From assembly GCF_006345805.1 (NCBI RefSeq), contig NC_043010.1, forward strand, positions 64,480,001-64,544,000: DNA of 64,000 nucleotides. Reading direction: 5' to 3'. The position numbers were made by a program, and so were the translations under genes. Position 1 is the stretch's first letter; each line of letters begins with the position of its first letter. Below are positions 1 to 12,763 of this stretch, in pieces. Source of the stretch: Octopus sinensis (taxonomy: Eukaryota). The notes below the pieces were generated by a model that did not search any database, was not told the DNA's origin, and was given only the letters and a program-made list of their open reading frames with translations.

Positions 1-1272
1 ATGCACCACCCAAAGGCAGACGTAGATCGCCTTTACCTCCCCAGAGCCCAAGGAGGTCGAGGCCTGATCCAATTTGAACTAGGTTACAAAACAACCACAA
101 TTAGACTGGCCAAATATCTTGAAATAACGAATGACTGGATGCTAAAGCTCGTGGAAAATCACGAGAGACGAAAGAAGCTTCATTCTATCATAAAGGAAAG
201 CAAAAAAATTGCTATTGATCTCGTGCAGGATACCCAAACTGAACAACCCGAGGGAAGTATGGCAACTATTGTTGCAAAGAAGGTGAAAATAATGGCAACG
301 AAAAAAGCGCACGAGCAATTGACTGATAGGTGGGAGGAGAAACCTCTGCACGGCAAATATGTGGCCCGTAGCAAACAAACTGATGTTGACCAGAAGCAAA
401 CCCATCAGTGGCTACGGAGCTCAGGGCTAAAAGCAGAGAGCGAAGGTTTCATCCTGGCTGCTCAAGATCAAAGCCTATTAACCTGGAACTACCAGGCCAA
501 TGTGATGAAAAATGGAGCAGACCCAAAATGCCGATTCTGCAACGACATGATTGAAACAGTGGACCACCTAATCTCTGGATGTAAAGTCTTAGCACCAGTG
601 GAGTATAAATTAAGACATGACAGAGTTGGCCAATATCTACACTGGCTAATAAGTCGGCATTACAATATCAAAACTGCCGACAATCACCACCCTGAAGCTG
701 TAACTGAAGGAGAAAATGTAACGATTCTGTGGGACTTCCCAGTACATACAGACCGAACCATCAAAGCCAATAAACCGGATATTGTTGTGAAAGATCAAAA
801 CAATAAAGTTTGCTTATTGATCGACATGAGCATCCCCTGTGATCATAATATCTCGGCGAAAGAGTTTGACAAGCTCAGAAAATATAAAGACCTGCTCATT
901 GAAATTGAGAAAATGTGGCATCCCAAGGCGGTTACAATACCAGTGATTGTAGGAGCACTAGGGATGATCAAGAAGGGAACCGAAAATTATATGAGAATGA
1001 TCCCTGGCTTACCATCCCTGCAAGCAGTGCAAAAGATTGTCTTAACTGGTACATCACACGTATTGAGAAGAGCATTGTCGATGTGAGAACTATTACTACC
1101 AATGTATTTTAATTTAACTTTATTTCTATAAAAAAAAAAAATGAACGAACTAGTGAGTTTAGTTTAATGGCCTACCAATGTATACTATGAGTTTCTTTGC
1201 CCTAGGAGTCAGGAAGACACTTGGCAAGAAATGGAAGCAAATTTGAAAGAAGAAGAAAAAAATGATGATGAT
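1..1272 (+). mobile_element. 3' part of an RLE-type non-LTR retrotransposon (R4/Dong-like, family A), with open ORF end 1..1086 and 3' UTR; intronic to the PTP gene
   Basis: ORF has post-RT motif HHPKADVDRLYLPRAQGGRGL, zinc knuckle CRFC..ETVDHLISGC, RHDRV, and PD-(D/E)xK nuclease KPDIVVKD..LIDMSIP..KLRKYKDL. Stop at 1084-1086, then UTR ending in AATGATGATGAT. Confidence 0.92.
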
Positions 1273-1274
1273 AA

Positions 1275-1847
1275 AGATACTGGCATGAGAAATGTGGTGC
1301 AATGATTCTCAAATGGGGGAAAATCAGTAAAAGCCATGGGATCAAACTGGAAAGTGGTGAAACTATAAAGGAAGTCGGAGAGGAAGGATATAAGTACCTG
1401 GGTATCATTGAAAGAGATAAGATGAATGAACACAAGAGGAAAGAAGTGTACATGAAAGAGTATTTGAGGAGAACTCGGCTTGTAATCCAGTCGAAGCTAA
1501 ATGGCCGCTATAAGATGAGAGCAATTAACACTTGGCCGGTTGCTTTGATGAGACATGGAGCAGAAATAATATCTTGGAAGAAACATGAATTACAAGAGAT
1601 AGACCGTAGGACACGTAAATTAATGATAATGATCAAGGAACTGCACCCCAGGAGTGATTTGTCAAGTTGTATGTAAAGAGGAAAGGAGGACGGGGATTAG
1701 TGGGTTGTGAAGGCTGTGTAAAAGAAGAGGAGAATAGCCTGGCTTCGTATACCAAGGGGAGTAAAGAAATAATGATTGAAGCAATGAAAATGTAGGGATC
1801 CTTAAAAGTGAAAGCAGCCGTAGATCCAGCACAATTTAAGAAAGACC

Positions 1848-1928
<81 letters not shown>

Positions 1929-2219
1929 CAGATGAAGAAGTTTTGGCAAGACAAGAAAATGCACAGTCAGTTCTTGAAGAATAAAGATGTGATTGATTGG
2001 AATAGAACCTGGCAATGGGTGCAGAAAGGAGACTTAAAAGGGTTCACTGAGGCATTAGTGTGCAGCGCGCAAGAACAAGCTCTCAGAACAAACTATTCCA
2101 AATATCACATTGATAAGAGCACTGACTCACCACAGGGGAGGATGTGTTCTGAGAAGAGAGAAAGTATAAGCCATATTGTTAGTAAATGCTGCAAGCTCGG
2201 ACAACGCGAATACAAATGA
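1275..2219 (+). mobile_element. Degenerate fragment of a second R4/Dong-like LINE family (RT thumb to zinc knuckle)
   Basis: ORFs 1302..1676 (YKYLGI, SKLNG, AINTW, DRRTRKLM, LHPRSD) and 1932..2219 (GDLKGFTEALVCSAQEQALRTN, ESISHIVSKC). Broken by stops and a (GA)n insertion. Confidence 0.85.
1853..1929. repeat. (GA)n microsatellite inside the LINE fragment
   Basis: Seen directly. Confidence 0.95.
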
Positions 2220-2238
2220 TAGTAGTAATACTAATAAT

Positions 2239-2380
2239 CCTTTTTACTATAGGAACAAGGCCTGAAATTTGGGGTAGGGGATTAGTTGATTACATCAGCC
2301 CCACTGTTTCACTGGTACTTAATTTATCGACCCCAAAAGGATGAAAGGCAAAATTGATCTCGGTGGAATTTCAACTTAGA
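2239..2380 (-). mobile_element. tRNA-derived SINE fragment; related copies at about 7150-7340 (-), 23255-23385 (-) and 23405-23535 (+)
   Basis: Shared central motif, in sense orientation GCCTTTCATCCTTT..GGGTCGATAAA.TAAGTACCAGT, recurs at these positions. Confidence 0.7.
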
Positions 2381-2969
2381 ACAATTTGCAGTGTAAGGGT
2401 TTCGCTACAAATTATGAACCAGTACAAGCTATAGGGTATGCGTGTGGTGAAGGATGTAGATTGTTCCGTGGCTATATATGAGATGGAGCTCAAATATTCA
2501 AGGTGGCACTACTTAAAATCAATAGTACCTCAACTGTAGCTCTTACTGCTCTGGTACGTGTGTGGTGTTGTGACCGTACATTTACACACATCACAACGCA
2601 AGAAACTGCCATTCAGTGGACAATTTAAAGGTAACCTGATATTGTACATTTTCCTAAAGGCAGCAGACTGTGCCCCCTTATAGGTTATATTGTGGTCTAT
2701 ACTATCATTAGTCTCACAGGTGGAAACAGGGGTGATAACGTCACTATTATCAAAATGCAATGGGTTAGCGTATTTAGGATGAAGCAAGTCACCTGTACTT
2801 CTAATGATAGGATCTGTAGACCACGACAGGATCTATACTATGTATACCTCGCTCAGAGATTTATTATTGCTTGTTTACACTTTATCGAGATCAGTCACTT
2901 TTCGTCACTGGAAAAAGGATATATGTATTTGCATCGGGAAAGCACTTCACAACGGCAACCGGTGATTGT

Positions 2970-3014
2970 TACACGCTGATGACGGGTCAATGCTCAGAAA
3001 CCCGGGTCCGTGTG
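2970..3014 (+). ncRNA. Minimal type I hammerhead ribozyme motif, slightly degenerate
   Basis: TACACG-CTGATGA-CGGGTCAATGCTCA-GAAA-CCCGG-GTC-CGTGTG. Stem I is TACACG/CGTGTG, stem III is the palindrome ACCCGGGT, cleavage triplet GUC. The closing pair of stem II is mismatched. Confidence 0.65.
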
Positions 3015-3231
3015 TATCACATCAGGTTGAAGATGGGAAGGATGACTTCCCTTTGCAAATACTGATAGGGCACAGAAAGTGTGTCAATAGCCAGCTGGAG
3101 GAGATGTCTTCTTGGGGCTACAAGCTACAGTGGCATTCATCCTTAAGGGTTAGCGACATTTAAGTGGCAAATATGCTTCACGATGTCGTGCAGCTACTGT
3201 GTATACCTTGCTCAGAGATTTATTATATATA

Positions 3232-3283
<52 letters not shown>

Positions 3284-3500
3284 TTATGTGTGTGCTCGTG
3301 TGTATTTGTGTATTTTCCCTGCAAATAGCATGTGGAGTTGGATTATTTTGTAATCAGTTTATTTTATGGCAAACGCAATTGGTATATTTGCAGTTCATGT
3401 TACGTAGATGGTTAAGTTTTTCTAACTATTGGATAAATGCTACTTTTGCGTTTCTCAAACAATTTATGTGTAATAAACTTATAATTAAAACTACTTTCAG

Positions 3501-3636
3501 TAATGGAGTGGGACGAAGTGGAATATACGTGTGCATAGATACATTGTTAAATATGGATTTCAAGAGGAAAGCATTTGATCCAATGGTAACAATCCAAGGA
3601 TTTCGTGATGATAGGGCCTTCATTGTTGAAAACAGG
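3501..3636 (+). CDS. Tandem-domain protein tyrosine phosphatase, exon encoding the D1 P-loop tail (upstream exons lie outside the window)
   Basis: tttcag|T AAT GGA..AAC AGG|gttagt, 136 nt. Translates (S)NGVGRSGIYVCIDTLLNMDFKRKAFDPMVTIQGFRDDRAFIVENR, matching PTP SAGVGRTG..R..MVQT. Confidence 0.88.
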
Positions 3637-3809
3637 GTTAGTATATTACATCTAATTAAAACTAATGCTATTATGCCCGTGACTAAGCTTTGATGACATG
3701 CGCTGTTCTCTTCATACCACCAACACCACCACCACCACCACTACTACTAATAATAATAGTAGTAATGATAATAACAATATTAACAATAATAACAACATCA
3801 TAGTAAGCT

Positions 3810-5300
3810 ACAAGCGAAAAACTGAAGATATATTATAAAATAAAAATAAAGAACCAAACTGGAGGAAGAGAATACGGATGAAGTTGGAGAGGACCCGGAA
3901 AGAACTGAGGCAATTGAATAGAATAATAAGAAGAGAGCTCAAAAATAAGGTTGTAATCAGAAAATTGAATGGACAGTACAAGTTAGAAGAAAGGGGAAAA
4001 CAAACAGTACATGAAGAACTGACAAACAGGTGACAGCATTAAAGGTCAAATTGAAAAAATATGATGCTAGATGCAAAGGTTTCGAACAGAATAGACTGTT
4101 CCAATCTAATAGAAGGTGTCTATTTGAGGAAATAGAGGGAGGCCAACACCAGGAGCTGATTCCAGATACGGAGTTGGAATTATAGACTGGATCAGAAACG
4201 AAGTAAAGAAACTTGACACAAAAATTAGGAAGTTATTAACGAAGTATGGGGCCCACCATCCGAAAGCTGATTTCAACTGGCTATATTTGAGGAGAGACCT
4301 GGCGGATGAATCTTAAAAGCTGTAGAAGAATGTGTACAGATAGAAAAAAATTCTAGTAGAGTATTTACAGAACAACACAGAAAACCTACTAAAGGCAGTT
4401 AAGAAAAAAGAGGTGATCAAACACGTAATAGGGGCAAAGGACAAGAATGAAATACAAAGGGAGCACACCAGACAGATCGAAGAGAAACCTCTGCAGGCCA
4501 ATTTTGGAGAGACACCAATGTAGGTGGAACAAAATTCCGGGCTTGGTTAAGAAACAGGCAATTAAAAAAAAAGAAAAAGAAACAGAGAGCCTAAATACAG
4601 CCCAAGATCAATCGATAAAAGACTACTTGAAGAAAAATAAATATGGAGAGTATGTATCAGAGAAAGTAGAGCGTGTGGAACTTGAAACGAGACAGTGACA
4701 GACATTGTAGTAGAATGCCCCAATTTAGGACAGGAAGAATATAAGAAATGGAGGCATGACCAGGTTGTAAACGTTTTACACTGGTGACTTAGCCAGAAAT
4801 GGAAATTTGAAGCTGGAAACACATAGTACAATCATTGAGTTGAAAGAGTACTGGAGTCGGAGAAATACAAGATATTGTGGGACTTTCTTCTTCAAGCAGA
4901 CAAGAAGTTAGAAAACAATAGATCAGACTTATATTCTTAGATAAAGAAAAACGAAGTTGCTTACACATCGACCCACCATGCCCGTTTGATTCCAGGAAGA
5001 AAAACAAAGAAAATAGAATCCTATAAAGGAAGAATTTGGAGCATGAGAACAGTAAAGGTCTGGCTGTAATAATTGGTGTGTTCAGAACAGTAAGCTAAGA
5101 TATAGACAAATAGCTTAAGGAAATTTAAGTAGAATGCTCGATAGAGCTTGTATAGAAAGTTTACCTCTTAGTGACGTCAAGGATTATCAGGAAGGTTCTA
5201 AACACTTGAAAGGCTGCCAAAAACGTGTGAATGCCTAAGGTTACAGGTAGTAAACCGCTACCCACATAAATCCTACCAGGAATAAGACCAAAATTGAGCT
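3810..5300 (+). mobile_element. Decayed, internally deleted R4/Dong-like LINE (RT core missing; endonuclease and 3' UTR remnants)
   Basis: N-terminal region (YDARCKGFEQNRLFQSN) jumps at about 4175 to KLDTKIRKLLTKYGAHHPKAD. AQDQS, RHDQV and ILWDF-like remnants follow. Boundaries approximate. Confidence 0.75.
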
Positions 5301-5309
5301 TTGTTAAGA

Positions 5310-7140
5310 TGAGCTACAGCAAATATTTTGCTCAATACCACAGATTTACTTGTCAATTGTTTGACCTTAACCCGTTGAGCATGTCCCTTGAGGACATGAG
5401 CTCGTCATGCCTCATTGATAACAAAACGAAGTACAAATCGAATCTGCCGTCACCTGGGTCAACAAGGGTCGCGTACCAGAGTGAAGAACCAGACTGGGTT
5501 TGAAAAATCAGCTGAGGGTTCAAATCTTCCTGAAACAAAGAGCTGGAAGACCCAACAACTGGAATATTCCAACAGATGGCCATCTATACCCGTCTTCAAA
5601 TAACCAAAAGAAAAAGAATGAAAATGGTCAAGGAGAGATAATAAAGAAGTTCTTAAAGCCTTCTATCGTATTTCACCATAAATAAATGTAATACTGAACA
5701 AACCTACATAAACTAGAGAGAGAAGCACCCTGAAGTAAGACCCTACATAGTAACAAAGTTGCCAACGTCCGTTGAAACATTATTAAAAAGAAATTACTAA
5801 CTGAATTAGAGATTGACCAAATTAAACAATCAGTAAGTGATAAAAGAAACGAAGTTGCAGCTGAAGAAGATTCTACTGAGGAAATGATTACAGACCAACC
5901 CAGGTCTGATGAAAATGCAGTAATGATAAAAAGAGTCAATGTAACTGATAAGCCAAGTGAAATACTCTCTGAACCAGCCATAGACGCCATAAAGATGAAG
6001 AAAATCACACAGAAATTGACCCAACTGAGCTACATAATCTAAAAAATAAAATCATGATTGAATGACTGAAAATTAAATACATCAATATGAATGAGCGTGA
6101 CACTCTCCCAAAAATTCGTAATTCTAACCAAAACCTGAAAGTAATTGGTAAATTCCGCTTGCATTTAAAGATATAATTTCATTTAATGATATTGATATTA
6201 CAGATCTCAACCGCCTGTACTATGCATCTGCGAAGATCTCAACGATTTTATATGGTGAAAAGATTAGAAAACAACAGCATTTACACAAAAAGCATATTTG
6301 GCAAGAGCGTATTCAGCACCAAATTCAACCACTTAGTTCTGACATCGAATGTTTAAAAAACCTTGAGTTTGACAAGAATATCAAACCAACAAAAGTTTGA
6401 AAATAAAAGAATAGGTGTAATATGAAAACCATATTTGACATCGATACCAGCATAGAAGCTATCGAGCAAAAGGTATGTGCTAAAGCTGCCCGCATAGCAA
6501 GGTATGAAAAGTGTGTTAGATTCTTCAAAGTCAACATGTTGAAAAATAACCCAAAAATGTTTACAGGAATCTTCCTGTAAACCTGTTACAGTAAAGTCTG
6601 TCCCATCAAAAGAAGTGCTGGAATTTGGGAATAAAATTTGGGTAGAAGAAAAAACACACAATAAGGCCCCTTGGATTGATAGAATATCTACATACTTAGA
6701 CTACTTAGAAGAGCAAAAGTGGGAGGGTATCAAGGTAGAGGATGTAAGATCTGCTCTCAGAACATCAAGCAAATGGAAATCCCCAGAGAGTCATGAAGCT
6801 AACAAAATTTACAACAGTGTTTTACAACAACCTAGTACGATTCCCTTTTGATTAGTTAATGGTGTTACATTCCTTCTTTCAAAAAAATGAAGAAACAAAT
6901 GAACTAAAAAATTATAAACCCATAACCTGCTTAACAACAATATATAAAATACTAACATCTGTTTTGACTGAGTACACTTATAGTTATTTTAATAGAAAGT
7001 GGCAAAAAGCATGTAAACGTGGTCCTATGGTTGTAAAGACCAGCTACTTATTAATAAGATGATCTTGGAAGATTGGCACAATCAACACAAGAACTTGTCG
7101 ATATCCTGGAAAGACAGTCTACCACATAGCTGGATCAAAT
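5310..7140 (+). mobile_element. 5' half of another R4/Dong-like LINE, truncated in the early RT domain
   Basis: Remnants SSKWKSP, NYKPITCLTTIYKILTSVL, QKACKRG, CKDQLLINKMILED and DSLPHSWI. Truncated by the SINE at about 7150. Confidence 0.78.
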
Positions 7141-7341
7141 TTTTCCAAAAGGGCAGCAATGTTCGGAGGGGATAAGTTGATTACATCGAATCCAGTACCT
7201 GACTGGTACCTATTTTATCGACACCAATAAGATGAATGGCGAAGTTGACCTCGGCGGACTTTGAACTCAAAACGTAGCGACGGGTGAAATACCGCTAAGC
7301 ATTTCGTTCAGTGTGCTAACGATTCTGCCAGCTGGCCACCT

Positions 7342-7379
7342 TAATAATAATAATAATAACAATAACAATAATAATAATA

Positions 7380-7412
<33 letters not shown>
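7342..7412. repeat. (AAT)n microsatellite, 5' flank of the near full-length LINE
   Basis: Seen directly. Confidence 0.95.
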
Positions 7413-10400
7413 GGGGGACGTTTAAGATGTAAGAAGGAAAATTCAGAGCTCCGAAATCTATCCACAAACATCGAAAACAAGGACATCCTATGGAGCCAAA
7501 GTTTTACTAACAAAGAATTGGACTGTATCCGAGTAAGTAATACTAATTGAAATTTATTACTATTTTCGAAACGAAATGATGTATTTTGACCCGATATCGT
7601 CTCCACCTCTAACGCAACACATGTAAACATGCGTGGAACATCACGATCATCCCCAACCCCAAACACCATGTACAAAGGAACTACGAAGAAATTAAATGCC
7701 ACCGATACTATTCAACCCAAGAATAACAATCGAGCGGTACGTACATTAAACTTACAACAAAAAATGTACGAAAAAACTACACGTGCGAAATAATGTGACA
7801 CACAGAAATAAACGGACCGGTACCTACCTACGAAAATGACGACCGTCAAAATAATGGGCCGGACGTTGTACCTCATGTCCCGCAAATAAAACCCAAAAAC
7901 GTAAATGGACACGTGAGGAATACATTTCTATCTTACACGCATACTTCCAGCAGTACTCTACCCAAAAAATGAAAATACAAACAACACATACTATATAAAT
8001 ATGGAAGGAAAATAATAGAGATATAGACTTGGATCCAGCAATGAACCCTAATAAATAGCCAACGTACGAAGATACATTCTCACACAAAAAAAATATCAGA
8101 AATAGAAATAGATACACCATAAAGAAAACATAAACCAGGACAATGTAGTTGTAGAAGCCACACAACAATGCCCATAATATAAACACTGAAACTTGTAAAC
8201 ACCAAGTCAAAATGCAACATCCGCACAACAACGATGTAACAACTGAAGGGGAGCCTAATGATTATGATAATATAAAAAATAAAATAATCAAAGAACTGAA
8301 AACCACAGAGCTCAAAATGGACCACCGACCATACCTCCCAAGAATCAAAATAAACGAAATAACACCACCTATTATAAACAGCATAAACCTAGCGTCACTG
8401 AACTGATAGCCACTGAATAAAAAAAAGTGATATCACTGAGCTAAATAACTTCATATATGCAGCAGCCACTGCAGCCACAAAAGAAGCTGGATACTCACCC
8501 AAACCCGCCCAAACAGGAGTACCACCACCCAAACAAAACCCTGTGGATAAATAACATCCAAAGCAAAAAAAAATTAAAAAAAGAAAAGACCTGTCAATCT
8601 TAATGAAATCAGCAAACAATCAACGCTACTGAGCAACAAAAAGAGAACAAAAATACTCCGCAAATATAACATCACAGAGAAGATTTGCCTGCTGAAATAA
8701 AAGAAAAGCTGAAGCAAGATATCCTTGCCAAAGCACAAAGGATCCGCCGGTACAAGAAACGCCAACGCTTCTTTGAAGAAAACAAAAAGTTCAACTCCCA
8801 CCCCAAAAAGTTCTACCAAGAACTGGGCAAAAATAAAATAGAAGTCACTGCAGCACCAACCACGAGCAGAAGAATTGGAAGATTCTGGAGAGAAATATGG
8901 TCGGCGAACGAACCACCAAAAAAAAGAGTATCAAAATAACAAACTCGGCATTCTGAACAACTTTGGACCCCATAACAACTGAAGAGGTCACCCAGGCACT
9001 GCAAGACTAAGCAACTGGAAGGCACCTGGGCATGACAAGATCCCCAACTTTGGTTTGAAATATCTAACAGGAATGCACAAAAAGCTGGCTGAAAACTTTA
9101 ACAACGTACTAAGAGCAGAGCCAGAGACAATGCCTGAATGGCTCACGAAGGGGAAAACCATCTTAATTCCCAAATCAAATGAAACAGAAAACCAGAAAAC
9201 TACAGACAAATAACCTGCCTCCCTACTATGTTCAAGGCATTTTACTGCAGTGATATCACAAAGGCTGAACAAGCACCTGGACGAAAACAAACTGGTCCCA
9301 GAAGAGCAGAAAGGATGCTGCAAAGGCTCATATGGCTGTAAAGATCAACTAATGATTAATAAAGCCATAACTGAAGACAGCTACAGAAAGAAGAAAAGGC
9401 CTCAGTATGGCTGGATTGACTACAAAAAGCGGTTTGATAGCATCCCCCACACATGGATCCTCGAAAAAGCCATAACAAAGTAGCACCAACAATCATAAAT
9501 TCATAGAGCACTCTATGAATAAATGGCAAACAGTCCTACACCTCCAAACAAAAGTAGGGACTCATGAAAACCAAAGACATCCCATTAGAAGAGGAACTAT
9601 TAAAGACAGTTCATGGATTTACCAAAGAAATAGATATGAAATTTGGATTAGAAAAATGCGCCAAAGTAACCATGAAAAGAGGAAAACTAGTTAAGAGTAA
9701 CAACATCACACTAGATAAAACCAATGAAATAAAAGAATTAGACCAAAGCCAAACTTACAAATACTTAGGAATCCATGAACTAGATAAGACACAACACACA
9801 CAAATGAAAGAGAAAATAAAAAAGAATATTATAGACGAGTTAGATCAATACTAAACACAGAGCTCAATGCTAAAAACAAGATAATAGGTATCAACACTTT
9901 AGCTGTCCCAGTTATAAGTTACAGCTACAATATCCTTAACTGGACACGAAATGAACTGACCAAAATAGATAGGAAAACAAGAAAAATAATGACAGGATCT
10001 AGGATGCATCACCCAAAATCTGACATAGAAAGACTATATATACAACGTATAGAAGGTGGTAGAGGCCTTAAACAGCTGGAAAACTACTATAAAATAACCA
10101 CCATAGGACTGCAAAAATATCTACTTCAGAAGGAAGGAAAACTGATCCAGATAGCGGCAAAACACGAGCAAAACAAAAAACTGTTCTCAGTATTTAAGGA
10201 AGCTGACAAATACAAACAAGAAATCATACCACCTAATAAACATGAAGAAGAAGAAGATGAAGAAACAACAAAAGCTATAAAACAAATGAAATCCAAACTA
10301 AAAATAGAACAGCAATGAACCATGATAAAACGATGGCAAGAAAAGCCCCTTCATGGTAAATACTGGACTAAACTAAACGCAAAAGAAATAGACAAAAAAA

Positions 10401-11198
10401 TATCCCAGCAGTGGTTGAGAAGCTCAGGACTCAAAGCAGAGACAGAGGGATTTTTAATTGCAGCACAAGACCAAAGCCTCCCCACCAGAAATTACCAAAA
10501 ACATGTAATGAAAAGAAATATTACAAGTAACTGCAGAATATGTGGAGATGGACAAGAAACAATAAATCATATTATCTCTAGCTGCCCAGTCCTGGCTAAG
10601 AAGGAATATATTCACAGACATGACAGAGTTGGAACCTACATACATTGGAAGCTATGCCAACATTATGGAATAACAACAGAAAAAAGATGGTATAGGCACA
10701 CACCAGAAAAGGTCACAGAAAACGAGAAAGCAACCATACTCTGGGATATGCCGATACACACAGATAGAGAAATTAAGGCCAACAGACCAGATATAGTTGT
10801 CAGAGATCATGAAGGAAAAAAATGCTTTCTAATTGATGTATCAATACCGGCTGATGACAACGTGTCTCTAAAAGAAATGGAGAAACTCTCAAAATACAAA
10901 GACCTGGAAATAGAGGTAACTAGAATGTGGAATCTGAAAACAGAAACAATTCCTATCATAGTAGGTGCATTAGGCATGATAAAAAAATATTCAGACAAAT
11001 ACATAACAAAAACACCAGGACTTACAAACACATATAACATACAGAAAATTGCACTACTAGGCACTGCACACATCCTACGCAGAACACTTTCCATACAATA
11101 ACCATCAGAGCATCACAACAAATCACAGCACATACCCAAGGCACACAGAGCTGCGCTCGGCAGTGAAGTGAAAGCACGCTATAAAAATAAAACTACTG
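7413..11198 (+). mobile_element. Near full-length R4/Dong-like RLE LINE with frameshifts and an internal deletion of the RT catalytic core
   Basis: Colinear remnants NWKAPGHDKI, ITCLPTMFK, EEQKGCCKGSYGCKDQL, WIDYKKRFDSIPH, FGLEKCAK, YKYLGI and MHHPKSDIERLY. ORF 10322..11101 has CRIC..ETINHIISSC, RHDRV, RPDIVV..LIDVSIP..EKLSKYKDL. (AAT)n on both sides. Confidence 0.93.
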
Positions 11199-11225
11199 AA
11201 TAATAATAATAATAATAATAATAAC

Positions 11226-11251
<26 letters not shown>
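11199..11251. repeat. (AAT)n tail or target repeat 3' of the LINE
   Basis: Seen directly. Confidence 0.95.
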
Positions 11252-11259
<8 letters not shown>

Positions 11260-11471
11260 ATAGAGGATAGTTAAGAGATTTATCTTTATATTGTTAATGT
11301 TCTATTGAAAGGAGAAAGCTCATAACCGAAAACATTTCATTGTTACTGAGACTGGTGGTTAAAACTTGATTCTACTCAAAACAGCCTAGGTAGCAAGCGC
11401 TATTAAACTGGCGGACAAATTATGTCTACCACCTATTTCCTATTAATTTCTCGTATGTTAATTTCTTTCAG

Positions 11472-11621
11472 TCCCAGCTAGAATTTATTTATCGGGCATT
11501 AGCTGAAGGTATTATTACCGAACGCTTCACTATCAGGCACGATGAAATCGAGAGCCAATATGCGGGATTAAAGAAGCAAAACAATGTGACGAGAATATCA
11601 AATTTTGAGGGGCAATTTCAG
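11472..11621 (+). CDS. PTP exon: D1 Q-loop end and D1-D2 linker
   Basis: tttctttcag|TCC CAG..TTT CAG|gtaagt, 150 nt, phase 0/0. SQLEFIYRALAEGIITERFTIRHDEIESQYAGLKKQNNVTRISNFEGQFQ resembles QYxFIYxAL..LExEF. Confidence 0.9.
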
Positions 11622-12693
11622 GTAAGTAGGGTTTTTGATAACTTTTCAAGTAATTTTTAATTTATCTTATTTTGTGTTCACTTATTGTTGAAGAAGTGAC
11701 CTTTTGTTGAAATGAAAGTAATAATTAAGTCAATCAAGATAATAAATATTGGTGTATTGAATATTGATTACTATTAAGATTAATTGAAATTGTGCAAGCA
11801 ATTTTGTTTTTTCCAGATATATTTGTGGGTAAATGGTAATTTGGGTCTATTCACGTTCAGAAAAATTTCTTATAGAAGGTTAGCGACTTTGCTAGATAGA
11901 ACTGGTGTCAGAATTTTTAAATCGACAGAAAGAAAGTAAAAATGCTTTCGATTGAACACTGCTTTTATGCATAAAACAAAGAAAGAAACAAACAAAAACA
12001 ACCTAAACATAATGAGATAATTCTGTTCATTAATGCTTTCTGTACTGAATATGTTCGTTTTGTGGAAAATGTAAACACCTAAAATTTTTAGCTATGCTTT
12101 CGGATATCCAACAGATAACAAAGCCATTAAAAAGAATAAGTAGCTATTGGGATAAAATGAAATTGTTCCTTTTATAAAAATGCATGTATAAACATTGGTT
12201 TCTTTTTTTTTCAACAGCAACACCATTGCAGAACTTCTAGGTTCTTTTAGCTATTTCAGTGCGAGTTATCCTGTTTAGCAAAATATCCGTAAGCTTCGAA
12301 AATATTTGATAATTCAGAGTATTTTGTCACTTTGTTCATTATCAAACTTTTAGGTTCCTAAGACGTTCTGAAGATGCAATGGCTAGAACTCTGTACAAAA
12401 TATGAACTTTCTGAATAAAATGCCTCGCTTGAAATTTAAATTTCCTTGAAAAATCTCGGAACATTTATGTTACTTTATGAAGCACGGGAATTGTTAAATA
12501 CCTAAATAGAGACTTACATAGACTTTTAAATAAGTAAATGCTATTGCAACAATAAGTTATACATCACATTGTAAATTACTCTGCTTCATTACATATATCT
12601 TAGACGTGTTAGATAAGTTACTTTGGCTGATATAAATTACTTATAATTTGTATGTACAAATGGATATGTAATCTTGTTGCGTTTTAATTCAAG

Positions 12694-12763
12694 GACCTTA
12701 TAAGATCAATCAAACCTTTCACTATTGAAGAATGTCGCAAAAGTATCGAGTCGAGCCCTGACG
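12694..12763 (+). CDS. PTP exon: start of D2
   Basis: ttcaag|GAC CTT..GAC G|gtaaga, 70 nt, phase 0/1. DLIRSIKPFTIEECRKSIESSPD. Phase fits both neighbours. Confidence 0.7.

Noticed and set aside
5330-5392. Possible HDV-like ribozyme at the 5' end of a LINE (GCTCAA/TTGAGC pairing, TCCCTT loop)
   Set aside because: I could not assemble the full nested double pseudoknot. The 3' part appears absent.
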